From: a virus | Taxonomy: Duplodnaviria; Heunggongvirae; Uroviricota; Caudoviricetes; Demerecviridae | IMG/VR virus record: IMGVR_UViG_2974597248_000001 | Location: 49,479 to 113,478 of that record | Reading direction: 5' to 3' (one strand) | Length of the DNA stretch: 64,000 nucleotides | In this document: positions 53,344-62,424 of the stretch, one piece after another | Numbering within the stretch: the first letter of the stretch is position 1 | Layout: every line of letters starts with the position of its first letter | Notes under the pieces: model-generated | What the model was told of the DNA's origin: nothing | What the model saw: only the letters and a program-made list of their open reading frames with translations | Databases searched by the model: none | Made by a program: the position numbers and the translations under genes

Positions 53344-53873
53344 CACAAGAAAGATTAAAAGAGTTATTTGAATACCGCCCGGAAACGGGCGAGTTTATAA
53401 GGAAAGTCAGTAGAGGACGAGGTAAAGCAGGTAGTATTGCTGGTAGTCCTGATAAGGATGGTTATATATTTATTGGGATAAATAGAAAAAGATATGCAGC
53501 CCATAGGTTAGCCTTTTTGTACATGGAGGGGTATATTCCAAATCTAGTACACCACTTAAATAATATAAGAAAAGATAATAGATGGTGTAATTTAAAAGAT
53601 TGTACGTCCCAAGAAAATAATCGTAGCAAAATCGCTCAATCTAATTCGGGGTACTTAGGAGTTACCTGGAAAAAAGATCGACAACAATGGAGAGTCCAGG
53701 CCAGAAGCGCCGAAAGCATTACAGTACACGGAGGCTACTTTAGGTATCTAGATTTAGAGTTGGCAGTTCAAAGAGCTAACGAGCTACGGTTAGAATTACA
53801 TGGGCCTACTGCTGTTATAGAAACTTTTGATCATACAAAACCATTACCTACTTTAGAGGAATTAAATAAATGA
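53337..53873 (+). CDS. HNH homing endonuclease (HNH plus AP2-like)
   Basis: VHHLNNIRKDNRWCNL...QENN HNH motif and an SGYLGVTW AP2-like block. Confidence 0.75.
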   Translation: MLTQERLKELFEYRPETGEFIRKVSRGRGKAGSIAGSPDKDGYIFIGINRKRYAAHRLAFLYMEGYIPNLVHHLNNIRKDNRWCNLKDCTSQENNRSKIAQSNSGYLGVTWKKDRQQWRVQARSAESITVHGGYFRYLDLELAVQRANELRLELHGPTAVIETFDHTKPLPTLEELNK

Positions 53874-54151
53874 TTACAGAAATTCTCATTGGATTGTTAG
53901 TGCTTATGACACTAGCAGCGATTGGTGGGATTATTGGTATTGTAAGCATGCGAAAAAACATGGAGAGTATGCTTACTACTAATAGTGGACTTCACTGCCG
54001 CTTAATAGAACAAGAACAAGATATTGAACTAGCACAAAGACGCTCAGATATTCTAAAAGAAAAACTAAACAATATTGAAGCAATAGCTGGGAATACAAAA
54101 TTACCTAATAAAGTAATGCGTGCACAGATAATTACGGAGATTAAAAAATGA
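53870..54151 (+). CDS. membrane / coiled-coil protein
   Basis: 93 aa. Confidence 0.45.
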   Translation: MITEILIGLLVLMTLAAIGGIIGIVSMRKNMESMLTTNSGLHCRLIEQEQDIELAQRRSDILKEKLNNIEAIAGNTKLPNKVMRAQIITEIKK

Positions 54152-54393
54152 TGATGTTTATTCTAGCGTTTTATCTAATTGTGGTTGGTGTACTGGTTAC
54201 TAAGTACCACACATGGACGCCAAAGAATGTTGTTAAGGTAGCTTTATTTGTTATTCCAGTTCCACTTATTATACTTTCTATGTTACTGGTGATGTTAGTT
54301 GGTAAAGTAACAAAAACCGATATTAAACGTATTGCGGATGAATTGCAACAGTCTTGTGATATGGTAGAGGATATTCTTAAAGATGAAGCTTAA
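54148..54393 (+). CDS. membrane protein
   Basis: 81 aa, two TM segments. Confidence 0.45.
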   Translation: MMMFILAFYLIVVGVLVTKYHTWTPKNVVKVALFVIPVPLIILSMLLVMLVGKVTKTDIKRIADELQQSCDMVEDILKDEA

Positions 54394-54709
54394 TTTTAAT
54401 GAATTAAATACCTTACATGAGATATTACAGTTTGTGAATAACAATATTAGTATTCCGGACGATACATTAGAAGTTCTCATGTTAATCGAGAAAAAGGTAG
54501 GAATTGAGATTGAGGACTCTTGGAAACCACTTTCTGTATTAACACCACTTAATATGAAAGTGATAGTTAAAAATATCAATACTGGTGAAGAGTGTGAAAT
54601 GATTCGTAAAGAACTAGCTGATAGCTATTCACCAAAGTCTGTAGTAATGTACCATGATGATACTGCTAAGACTCTACAGACAGCTAATTACGTATGGCGT
54701 CTCCCATGA
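54383..54709 (+). CDS. hypothetical protein
   Basis: 108 aa. Confidence 0.45.
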   Translation: MKLNFNELNTLHEILQFVNNNISIPDDTLEVLMLIEKKVGIEIEDSWKPLSVLTPLNMKVIVKNINTGEECEMIRKELADSYSPKSVVMYHDDTAKTLQTANYVWRLP

Positions 54710-54808
54710 TTGATTTAGTACCAATTACTGCGGGGCTAATAGCACTATTAGTGCTTGCAGTTTTTATTATTGTGGAGCAGGCCAAAGTAATAAGGAGACT
54801 TAAAAACA

Positions 54809-55009
54809 ATGATAAAACGTCTTGTTTATCAGGCACCAAAGATTGTAACTGAGTATTTTGTATTACTGCCTCAGATTGTATTTCTAACAGCGTTATTTAA
54901 TATACTTTTTCGACATCTAGGAATAACAGAAAATATCTTCTACACTTCTGAACTACTTCCTTTTATGTACGAAGGCATCATCGTGGCAATTAACGGAGTT
55001 CGTAAATGA
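54809..55009 (+). CDS. hypothetical protein
   Basis: 66 aa. Confidence 0.35.
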   Translation: MIKRLVYQAPKIVTEYFVLLPQIVFLTALFNILFRHLGITENIFYTSELLPFMYEGIIVAINGVRK

Positions 55010-55467
55010 CAGCACTACAACAACTACAGAATTACTGGTTTGATAACCAATTTAACGATCTCTTTATCCAGTTATTTGTCGAAACGAACGGACGCTTCAA
55101 CTACCGATTCTTTAATAAGTTTCACGAGACAAAATTCTCGCATACAGAAATTAATGCAGCGATCCAAGACCTAACTGGTTCTAAAGTAGTTCAGTATCGT
55201 GAAGTAGATTTTACACCAGATTGTTTTGGGTTTGAATTGTTTAAGAAAGCATATAAATTTGGTAAGTTTGAAGATGCTCGTCAATGGGTTTATGATTTCT
55301 GGTATAATACCGATATTGTTCCTAGTCGTGTACTGATTCTTAACTGGATTGCTAAACAACATCCACCTAAAGCTCAATCGTCCTTCTTACCAACTGACAC
55401 AGGAAACCTTTACCATGACAGAAAAGAAAAATCCATTGCTGGAGCAGATGAAGGAATGGGAGAGTAA
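55006..55467 (+). CDS. hypothetical protein
   Basis: 153 aa. Confidence 0.5.
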   Translation: MTALQQLQNYWFDNQFNDLFIQLFVETNGRFNYRFFNKFHETKFSHTEINAAIQDLTGSKVVQYREVDFTPDCFGFELFKKAYKFGKFEDARQWVYDFWYNTDIVPSRVLILNWIAKQHPPKAQSSFLPTDTGNLYHDRKEKSIAGADEGMGE

Positions 55468-55786
55468 TATTGAATCTGGTCTAGTAGACGGAAAAGATAT
55501 TGTTAACTCCATGCTAGAAGTAACAATAGATAATGTTAACCCTATTTTGGCTGGGGAAGCTTCTGATCTTATAGGACTTTCTAGTACTTTCGATTCTTTG
55601 GCTAAATTAGCTTTAGATGATGAAGAGATAACCAAAGAAGATCTCACCTCAGCTATGAATATGGCTATTAACGCTTACATTGACAAACGTACCAATGAAC
55701 TCGACAAACAAATCAAAAAGCGTGATACAACGTTAAGCCTTATGAAAACGGCCACTATTTTAAGAAGTGGTAAACAACTTCATTAA
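55415..55786 (+). CDS. hypothetical protein
   Basis: An RBS (AGGAAAC) precedes the start. Overlaps the previous ORF. A terminator follows at 55793-55825. Confidence 0.45.
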   Translation: MTEKKNPLLEQMKEWESNIESGLVDGKDIVNSMLEVTIDNVNPILAGEASDLIGLSSTFDSLAKLALDDEEITKEDLTSAMNMAINAYIDKRTNELDKQIKKRDTTLSLMKTATILRSGKQLH

Positions 55787-55792
55787 TTCTAG

Positions 55793-55825
55793 GGGCCAGG
55801 ACTTAATTGTTCTGGCCTTTTGTGT
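55793..55825 (+). terminator. rho-independent terminator
   Basis: GGCCAG...CTGGCC followed by TTTTGTG. Confidence 0.55.
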
Positions 55826-55840
55826 TTCAAGGAACTTCAA

Positions 55841-56044
55841 ATGCAAGTATATGTCCTTACTAGAGATATAAATGAGTATAATCAGGATGGGGAATATTTT
55901 GTAAAGGTATTCGCTGAAAAGCCAAGTAAACAACAACTATTAGATGCCGGAGTACCAGAAGACCAGGCTAAGTGTATACTACAAGATAAAGAATTTACTG
56001 GTGATGCTTACGAATGTTTCTACCTTAGCTGTGAGAATATCTAA
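55841..56044 (+). CDS. hypothetical protein
   Basis: 67 aa. Confidence 0.4.
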   Translation: MQVYVLTRDINEYNQDGEYFVKVFAEKPSKQQLLDAGVPEDQAKCILQDKEFTGDAYECFYLSCENI

Positions 56045-56045
56045 T

Positions 56046-56486
56046 ATGAGAGAAAAAGTAAATGAATTATTAATCGAGGAAGCTAACAACTTCCCAATAA
56101 ATAGGTTTATCAAATCTGATGAGTCTATTAATAGAACTAAAATTAAGCAGCTACATCCCGACTTTCAGCAAGAAGCACTAAACCTTATATTTATCAAGAA
56201 AGCTGTTGCAGTTCATGAAGCTTTCTTCGGGTATGAGCGTGTAAATTATAAAACAATGCAACAGCAAGTAGAGATCTACTGCCCGGATCATGAAGGGTAT
56301 TATTGGCAAACTGCTAGATCTCATTTAGAAGGGCATGGTTGTCGACTGTGTGCACACAAGGTTGTGCAGCGTGTCACAGATTATGGAACTTATACCGTAC
56401 CAGCATGTTATCATAAATTTGTAATTGACGATAATCATATAGTTTGGTATAATAAGTTTTCAAAGTTAAGAATGGAGATAAAATAA
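56046..56486 (+). CDS. truncated T5orf172-family paralog (Zn-ribbon N-terminal module only)
   Basis: The N-terminal 100 aa are about 60% identical to 58009..58737 (QLHPDFQQEALNLIFI identical; CxxHxGYxxQTARSHLxGHGCxxCA). It lacks the T5orf172 domain. Confidence 0.55.
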   Translation: MREKVNELLIEEANNFPINRFIKSDESINRTKIKQLHPDFQQEALNLIFIKKAVAVHEAFFGYERVNYKTMQQQVEIYCPDHEGYYWQTARSHLEGHGCRLCAHKVVQRVTDYGTYTVPACYHKFVIDDNHIVWYNKFSKLRMEIK

Positions 56487-56671
56487 TGGAAACATTACTT
56501 CTTGTATTACTAGGAGGCTCACTCCTAATAATCCTGGGGCTGATACTGATTTGCAGTCGCCTCAATACTAAGAATCTAGAGTTAACCTGTGAGAATGAAA
56601 TTCTCAATAATGAACTCTTTCAATATAACATCGCAGCTCATAAACTGTTAGACAAACTGGAGAATAAATAA
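56486..56671 (+). CDS. small membrane protein
   Basis: 61 aa. Confidence 0.4.
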   Translation: METLLLVLLGGSLLIILGLILICSRLNTKNLELTCENEILNNELFQYNIAAHKLLDKLENK

Positions 56672-57291
56672 TGACTTTTAATGCACAACAACCTATTCAA
56701 GTAGTACCAGACCATGAACTGAACACATGGGATTATAGCTTTAAAGATTTAACTGCTACTGTACAATTCAAATCTATGAAGCTAACATTTGCACACAATG
56801 ACCTTAGAGCATGTAAAGATCTTGAGGATAAGCTCGAAGATGCTCGTAAGATTTTTGGCAAGGCTCGCATCCCGGCTGATAATCTAATTAACGCATTAAT
56901 CGATGCAGGGTACAAACTTGTGAAGACTGAGGTGAACCGCCCTAGTACTCCAGTGACTATTAGAGATCCGTGGCAATCAGGAACAATCTCAATGCTGAAT
57001 AACTCCGATAAAAGATTAATGTCGGATATGCACAATGTTCCTTGTGGGGGTGTGGTAAGTAGTACGCAGTCATATAAGTTTGCGGAAGATTACGGCCCTT
57101 CTGTACAGTTGAAACATACTCAAGAAGCTTTTGAATCCGATATGCGAAGCGTAGCACCTGCGGATGCTGGAGTTTCTGGGAGTTCTGTTTGTACTATTCA
57201 TTTTAATAATCCTAGTAAACATGGAAGTCTAGAAGATGCTATTATGGAGGCGTTGGGGGCTGCTCTTAATGAAGATAAGAGAGGTAATTAA
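56671..57291 (+). CDS. hypothetical protein
   Basis: 206 aa. Confidence 0.55.
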   Translation: MTFNAQQPIQVVPDHELNTWDYSFKDLTATVQFKSMKLTFAHNDLRACKDLEDKLEDARKIFGKARIPADNLINALIDAGYKLVKTEVNRPSTPVTIRDPWQSGTISMLNNSDKRLMSDMHNVPCGGVVSSTQSYKFAEDYGPSVQLKHTQEAFESDMRSVAPADAGVSGSSVCTIHFNNPSKHGSLEDAIMEALGAALNEDKRGN

Positions 57292-58016
57292 TGAGTATTA
57301 AAAAGAATTTAGCAGAGATTATTAAGTTAGCTAGAGCTTGTAATGGGAAATGTGTTTCTCAGCTTAATGAGTTAGAGGCACATGCAGTAGCATTTTGTGC
57401 AGAGTTTTATCCTGCATATATTAATGCTAGTGGACAACCTAAATATAATAAAGATGCAGAAGAAGTTACATTAGCACCTTCATATATTAGCTTGCGTCGT
57501 TTAATTCAAACCGTTGATCCTACTATTAAAGGATTCTCAGCAGATTCATTCCATGTATTTGCAGATAAAGAACTCCCGTATTTTAAAGAAGGAAATGCAA
57601 AGTCATGTCTAGAATGTTATCCTAATATTCTGATGATTCCTCAAAAGCAATGTAAATATGATCATCTTCCTAGACTTACAAAGAAAGTAGAACCACCTTA
57701 TTCTTCTCTATCTGAGTTAAAGCTAGGAATCGTATCTACACTTGCGCAGGTTCATCTAAGTATAGTTGACGACTCAACAACATCTAACCCTATTCTAGAT
57801 GCTGCTCACTTTGAAATTTTACGTGATCCTGAACAAGCTAGAAAAGTTGCTAAGTCTGTTAAGTTTGATATATCAACAATTCTTGACACTAAACAAGAAA
57901 CTAGACCTAGAGGAAGTGTAGATTATTCTGCGCTAAATTCCGAGTCATCTTACTTAGCAACATTCCTTTTCATGGCGTCAAAAGGAGTTATTCTAAAGGT
58001 TAATAAAGATGGATGA
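57291..58016 (+). CDS. hypothetical protein
   Basis: 241 aa. Confidence 0.55.
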   Translation: MSIKKNLAEIIKLARACNGKCVSQLNELEAHAVAFCAEFYPAYINASGQPKYNKDAEEVTLAPSYISLRRLIQTVDPTIKGFSADSFHVFADKELPYFKEGNAKSCLECYPNILMIPQKQCKYDHLPRLTKKVEPPYSSLSELKLGIVSTLAQVHLSIVDDSTTSNPILDAAHFEILRDPEQARKVAKSVKFDISTILDTKQETRPRGSVDYSALNSESSYLATFLFMASKGVILKVNKDG

Positions 58017-58737
58017 TTTACGTGCTGAAATTAATAAAAAGCTACGCGAGGAAGCCAGGAGGTTTCCTCTTAAAAACTTTTTGAAGTCAAATGGCTCTAC
58101 TAATATAACGAAGATTAGGCAACTTCACCCTGACTTCCAACAAGAGGCCTTAAACCTTATCTTTATTAGGAAAGCTTTAAAAGTCCAGAAAGAAGAATAT
58201 GGGTATGAAAAAGTTAATTATAAGACAGCCAATCAGTTAGTAGAGATATGGTGCTATAAGCATAAAGGATACTTTATGCAAACTGCTAGATCCCACCTAG
58301 ATGGGCACGGCTGTTTACAGTGTGCTAGAGAAAGCAATCTTAATACACCTATCGAGAAACCGGAAGTAGAAGAAGATGTTCAGTTTCCCACATATCTCTA
58401 CATCTTCTCTAATAAAGATCAGTCTAGGAAGAAATTAAAGACAAAGATTGGGGTTTCTAGAGAGCCACATCAAAGGTTTAAGAATCTAGAGTATGATAAA
58501 TTGCGTGTGCCGGGTTTTGAAGATATGGAAGTATTTGGTATCTACCAGTACAAGAAAGGATCGAAAGAACTTGCTTATAAAATAGAACACCAAGCACATA
58601 AATTTTTCGAGAATAAATTTGCTAACCATTATAAATTCGATGGAGCAAAAGAGATATTCAACATTAAAGCTATAGAGGCAGAAGAATATCTATTAAGTCA
58701 AGGTTGCGTAAAAATTTACCCAACTCCAAACTCATGA
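58009..58737 (+). CDS. T5orf172-domain protein with one Zn ribbon (full-length paralog of 56046..56486)
   Basis: TYLYIFS...KIGVSREPHQRFKNL T5orf172-like block plus a GHGCLQCA Zn ribbon. Confidence 0.65.
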   Translation: MDDLRAEINKKLREEARRFPLKNFLKSNGSTNITKIRQLHPDFQQEALNLIFIRKALKVQKEEYGYEKVNYKTANQLVEIWCYKHKGYFMQTARSHLDGHGCLQCARESNLNTPIEKPEVEEDVQFPTYLYIFSNKDQSRKKLKTKIGVSREPHQRFKNLEYDKLRVPGFEDMEVFGIYQYKKGSKELAYKIEHQAHKFFENKFANHYKFDGAKEIFNIKAIEAEEYLLSQGCVKIYPTPNS

Positions 58738-58764
58738 CGAAAATTTAAAAATAACGAAATCTGC

Positions 58765-58794
58765 TTGACATTCGTGAGAATAATGTGTTATAAT
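58765..58794 (+). promoter_or_regulatory. consensus sigma70 promoter with no downstream ORF
   Basis: TTGACA-18-TATAAT; the best -35/-10 match in the window. Confidence 0.55.
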
Positions 58795-59000
58795 AATCTC
58801 ATAGATTAAAAACATCAACTTGTTTTTACCTCTAGGCCGTAGATTTACATCATTCCTCGTAGGAAAACACTTGATGACGGTTCTGCTCGCAGGTTCTCGT
58901 CAATTGTTCTTCCACACCGAGACTTAGGAGGATGTATCAAATCGCACGCGCCTAGAGGGGCTAACTCTCATGAAATGGGGGTATATTTATTTTTAAATAA
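58795..59000 (+). ncRNA. candidate non-coding transcript from an ORF-less consensus promoter
   Basis: TTGACA-18-TATAAT at 58765-58794. The longest downstream ORF is 17 codons. Confidence 0.3.
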
Positions 59001-59147
59001 CTAAAAAATATTTAAAGGCAATATCTGTGTTCAAGATGATACACCTGTTGCCGCTCATCTGCTAGGATGGCACAACACTTTCTTCTAGACTCCTAAGTTT
59101 CTAGGAATAGTTGAGCACAAACTCTAGCGTTTATACTAAACTTTAAA

Positions 59148-59882
59148 TCGGATTTGCACATGTTCTAGGGCAGTTTCTCTTAACGCTACATATCCTAGGC
59201 CGGTTTTCCTATACAGGGCGGTTATAGGGAGGGCGGTTATTTCTAGACAACATTTTTTGAAAACACATTTTCAGAAATTACTGTCGGATTTGCACATTGT
59301 GTTTCTAGAAATTTATGGTCGGATTTGCACAATTGCCTAAGTTTTTAGGAACATATAATCTCCTGAAAATGGCAGCATTATTTCGGGCCGAAGGCCCATG
59401 ATTGCCTGAGTTTTTAGAGCCACAGAAATTTTCACTTGTCAAGCTATTTTGCCCCATTTTGCTAATAAAATTTTACTTTATCTCCACTAATCTCAAATTA
59501 ACCCAAATCTTCTCAACTCTTCCCCAAAATCCCCGCAAATCAGGTGGCCCGCACCAAACATGCGCCCCTCTAGCTTCTCCCCTAATTTTCTCTCGCTCTC
59601 TCATCTTCTCCACAAACCCGCACAATCACACACCCTCCAATCGAAGTCACAAAAATCTTGTCGGATTCGCACAAATAAACTCATGTCGGATTTGCACATA
59701 TTCTAGCTAATTCCACAGGATTGATGCGCAGCATCGGATTGCTGGAGTTTCTAGAAAAATTCATTGTCGGATTTGCACACTATAAAAATTTTTCGGGTCG
59801 GATTTGCACACTACCAAAAATTGTCGGATTCGCACATACACGCCCGCACGTAACACCCGTGGAGCAATGTCGGATTTGCACA
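59148..59882 (+). repeat. array of nine dispersed direct copies of a 14-mer iteron, GTCGGATT(T/C)GCACA
   Basis: Copies start at 59148, 59274, 59308, 59660, 59685, 59766, 59797, 59823 and 59869, all in the same orientation. Confidence 0.85.
59480..59660 (+). repeat. strand-asymmetric, nearly G-free C/A/T-rich low-complexity tract
   Basis: About 180 nt of the form CCCCAAAATCCCCGCAAATC...CACAAACCCGCACAATCACACACCCTCCAATCG on the plus strand. Confidence 0.6.
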
Positions 59883-59884
59883 AA

Positions 59885-59906
59885 AGCGCAGGGCAATTGC
59901 CCTGCG
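59885..59906. repeat. 22-bp perfect palindrome GCGCAGGGCAATTGCCCTGCGC
   Basis: Read directly from the sequence. Confidence 0.9.
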
Positions 59907-59910
59907 CTAA

Positions 59911-60120
59911 ATACGAATGATAATAAGAATCATTCTCATTTAAAAAGCGGAATGAGAATGATAATAATTCTCATTTAAAAAGCGGAATGATAATCATTAT
60001 CATTTAAAAAGCGGGATGAGAATCATTTAAAAAGTGGAACGATTCTCATTTAAAAAGCGGAATAATTCTCATTTAAAAAGCGGAATGCGAATGATAATGA
60101 TTCGCATTTAAGAATGGAAG
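59911..60120. repeat. degenerate tandem array (7 units of 23-35 bp) of a palindromic A+T-rich unit TCATTTAAAAAGCGGAATGAgAATgATaAT
   Basis: Unit starts at 59936, 59971, 60000, 60023, 60046, 60069 and 60104. Confidence 0.85.
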
Positions 60121-60141
60121 TGAGAAACACTGTTATTTAAG

Positions 60142-60161
60142 TTATCCCCAGACTTATCAAC
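60142..60161 (+). promoter_or_regulatory. two DnaA-box-like 9-mers (TTATCCCCA, TTATCAACA; each 8/9) outside the left inverted repeat
   Basis: The CAGACTTATC context recurs at 60149 and 60210. Confidence 0.4.
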
Positions 60162-60209
60162 AGCACGATTTGACTTGACAAAATTCTAGCCATTTTGAGG
60201 CGTTATTAA

Positions 60210-60249
60210 CAGACTTATCCACAGCTTATCCTACTGTATAAATATACAG
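60210..60249. repeat. left 40-bp perfect inverted repeat (contains the DnaA box TTATCCACA at 60215-60223)
   Basis: CAGACTTATCCACAGCTTATCCTACTGTATAAATATACAG is the exact reverse complement of 62425-62464. Confidence 0.9.
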
Positions 60250-60507
60250 TATTCCTACGCAGTGAATAATTCTAATATACCGCTAAAACGCCCTCAAACG
60301 CATTCTAACGCGTTTAATTTTGTTGGGGATACTAAAACAAGGGCAAAATTGGAGGAGGCTTGAAAATTAGTTAGCGAGCTAACGATCACATAAGGCGACA
60401 CGTAACACCCTAACCATTAGCAGGCTAACCATCGCGGGCGCGGTCAAATGAGAATCACTCTCATTTGAGAATTGGGGGCACTCCCGGATAGTTGCGCCCC
60501 GTGATTA

Positions 60508-60702
60508 TTAGTCAGGTAGTTGATGCGTGATCTTTTCCTCCTCCCCGTAGGAATCCACCAAATACTGATAATAACCATCGTGATCATAGATCACTTTATC
60601 ATATTCCCCACGCTCAACCGCTTGTCGGTTTTCTGGCGTATCAGGCACGTAAAAAACATCAACCATTGTACTGATTTTGGTTACAACAATTTTATTGCTC
60701 AT
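60508..60702 (-). CDS. hypothetical protein (inside the IR-bounded segment)
   Basis: 64 aa. Confidence 0.35.
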   Translation of the reverse strand: MSNKIVVTKISTMVDVFYVPDTPENRQAVERGEYDKVIYDHDGYYQYLVDSYGEEEKITHQLPD

Positions 60703-60975
60703 AATAACGCCCTAGTAAATATATTTTTGCCAATAGTGGCGAACGTTATCGCCACCAGCGGAATCATTAGCGGCCTTACTATTACCGACGAAAGTATATA
60801 ATCTCATTAGTATTATTTTCCTTGCATTAATTTATATATAACGAACATTCCGCAAAACTGCCCTAATATAGTGCAGACAACAAGGGATAACACAATATTG
60901 CCGATCATGTTATAAGTAACCATACCAATAATAAGGGATAGCGCATACCCTAGCAAAGCAATATAAACAGCCATA

Positions 60976-61326
60976 TTATTTACCTATTTTTCGAAACGCT
61001 GTTTCAATACTATCAGCCGTGGATTGAATATATGCGCCTTTCATTATCAGGCGCTCGGTGCATACTTTGCGGAAAATATTAATAAAATCATCTTCACTTT
61101 CTGCAATTAATGCCTCACCCATTACCTGAACGTCGCAAGATGCAAAGGTTAAAAATTGAAACGCTAGTTCACGGGCAACGACCGCATTGATTTTATAATG
61201 CGCCTTGCCCTCATAAATATTAATAACGCCCTTATAAGCTGGCGAAAGCTGGTTTAAATAGTTTGCTAACAATGCCGGGCGGCAGTTAGCAACAAAACGA
61301 TTGCCCTCGTAAATGATCATTTGCAT
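60976..61326 (-). CDS. hypothetical protein (inside the IR-bounded segment)
   Basis: 116 aa. Confidence 0.45.
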   Translation of the reverse strand: MQMIIYEGNRFVANCRPALLANYLNQLSPAYKGVINIYEGKAHYKINAVVARELAFQFLTFASCDVQVMGEALIAESEDDFINIFRKVCTERLIMKGAYIQSTADSIETAFRKIGK

Positions 61327-61444
61327 AACCTCCCGATCAGATAGCCTGATAAAAGCATAAAGATCCCCAACGAAATGGGATCATTTTTAAATAAGGTGGC
61401 AATAAAACCGCCAGCTATTGCAAGGAGAATAACAATAACGCTTT

Positions 61445-61657
61445 TCATAGTACCCCACGAAACGCAGCGTAAAAGGTGGCAAAGTGCCTAACCGTTTCAG
61501 TGATCACGTTGCCGCGCTTATCGAATTTCTTTTCAGTAACACGAAAGGCATTTTTATTACGTGCTACATATTCGATTTTACAATCTGGACGCTCGAACGT
61601 GTTAGCATCCACCAGCTTAAAGCCTTTCGAACGTGCAAGAGAAACGTTGCGGATCAT
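61445..61657 (-). CDS. hypothetical protein (inside the IR-bounded segment)
   Basis: 70 aa. Confidence 0.4.
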   Translation of the reverse strand: MIRNVSLARSKGFKLVDANTFERPDCKIEYVARNKNAFRVTEKKFDKRGNVITETVRHFATFYAAFRGVL

Positions 61658-61660
61658 TTT

Positions 61661-61843
61661 TTATTCTCCTTTACCAGTCATGCAGCCCAGCAGATAAGAA
61701 AATACAGCAATGCCAGCGCCAATAGTAACCATTGGTTTAGTATTTACTAAACCGCAATAGGAATCCTGAATACCATAAGCGGTGGCGAAAAGAGTCAAAA
61801 TAGCGCCCAAGATACCCGCTAAAAAAGCTCGAAAAATAATCAT
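61661..61843 (-). CDS. small membrane protein (inside the IR-bounded segment)
   Basis: 60 aa, hydrophobic. Confidence 0.35.
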   Translation of the reverse strand: MIIFRAFLAGILGAILTLFATAYGIQDSYCGLVNTKPMVTIGAGIAVFSYLLGCMTGKGE

Positions 61844-61892
61844 TTGTGATACTCCCCTAGTTAGTGGGGCGATACTTTCGCCCCGTTATTGA

Positions 61893-62201
61893 TTACATTA
61901 AAATAATTTTGGCCGCTTGTTTTTTGGTACAGTGTTCCGTCTTCAGGGTATCCAGCAAAAAGCCCGCCGTTTGCTGATCGATTTGATCATTATCATAAAG
62001 CGCTTGGATGGTGGTGTAAGTTTTAGCAATGCCGTATTCTTGGACCATTTCCTGAATAATCCAGCGATTTGATACCCAGCCTTTTCCAGTGAAAAGAGCG
62101 TCAGAAGAAGAAAAAGCAACCATTTTAAGCCTCCAAAATTTTGGGAAAATTTTCAATCCACCGTTCTGGTGTAAAAGCATTATAACAAAAAAGGCCACCA
62201 T
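61893..62201 (-). CDS. hypothetical protein (inside the IR-bounded segment)
   Basis: 102 aa. Confidence 0.4.
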   Translation of the reverse strand: MVAFFVIMLLHQNGGLKIFPKFWRLKMVAFSSSDALFTGKGWVSNRWIIQEMVQEYGIAKTYTTIQALYDNDQIDQQTAGFLLDTLKTEHCTKKQAAKIILM

Positions 62202-62424
62202 AAAAGGCGACCTTTACAAAACTTTACAATAGGCTAGTTATTACTCGTTTTCGGTGTTAACGGTAAAAGTAGAAATATCGATACCTTTTACCATTTCCAG
62301 CATTGCCGCCGCCTGGCCGCCGTGTCACGGCTTTACTTTAATATTACCCCGCAGCGTTTAGCTCGTTAGAAAGCGTTTTAGGCCGCATAAAATTGATTGC
62401 AGTCGTTAACACTACCTTTTTACC

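Noticed and set aside
59911-60120. CRISPR array.
   Set aside because: The repeats are A+T-rich, palindromic, of variable period, and without unique spacers or nearby cas genes. They fit a satellite or DUE-like array instead.
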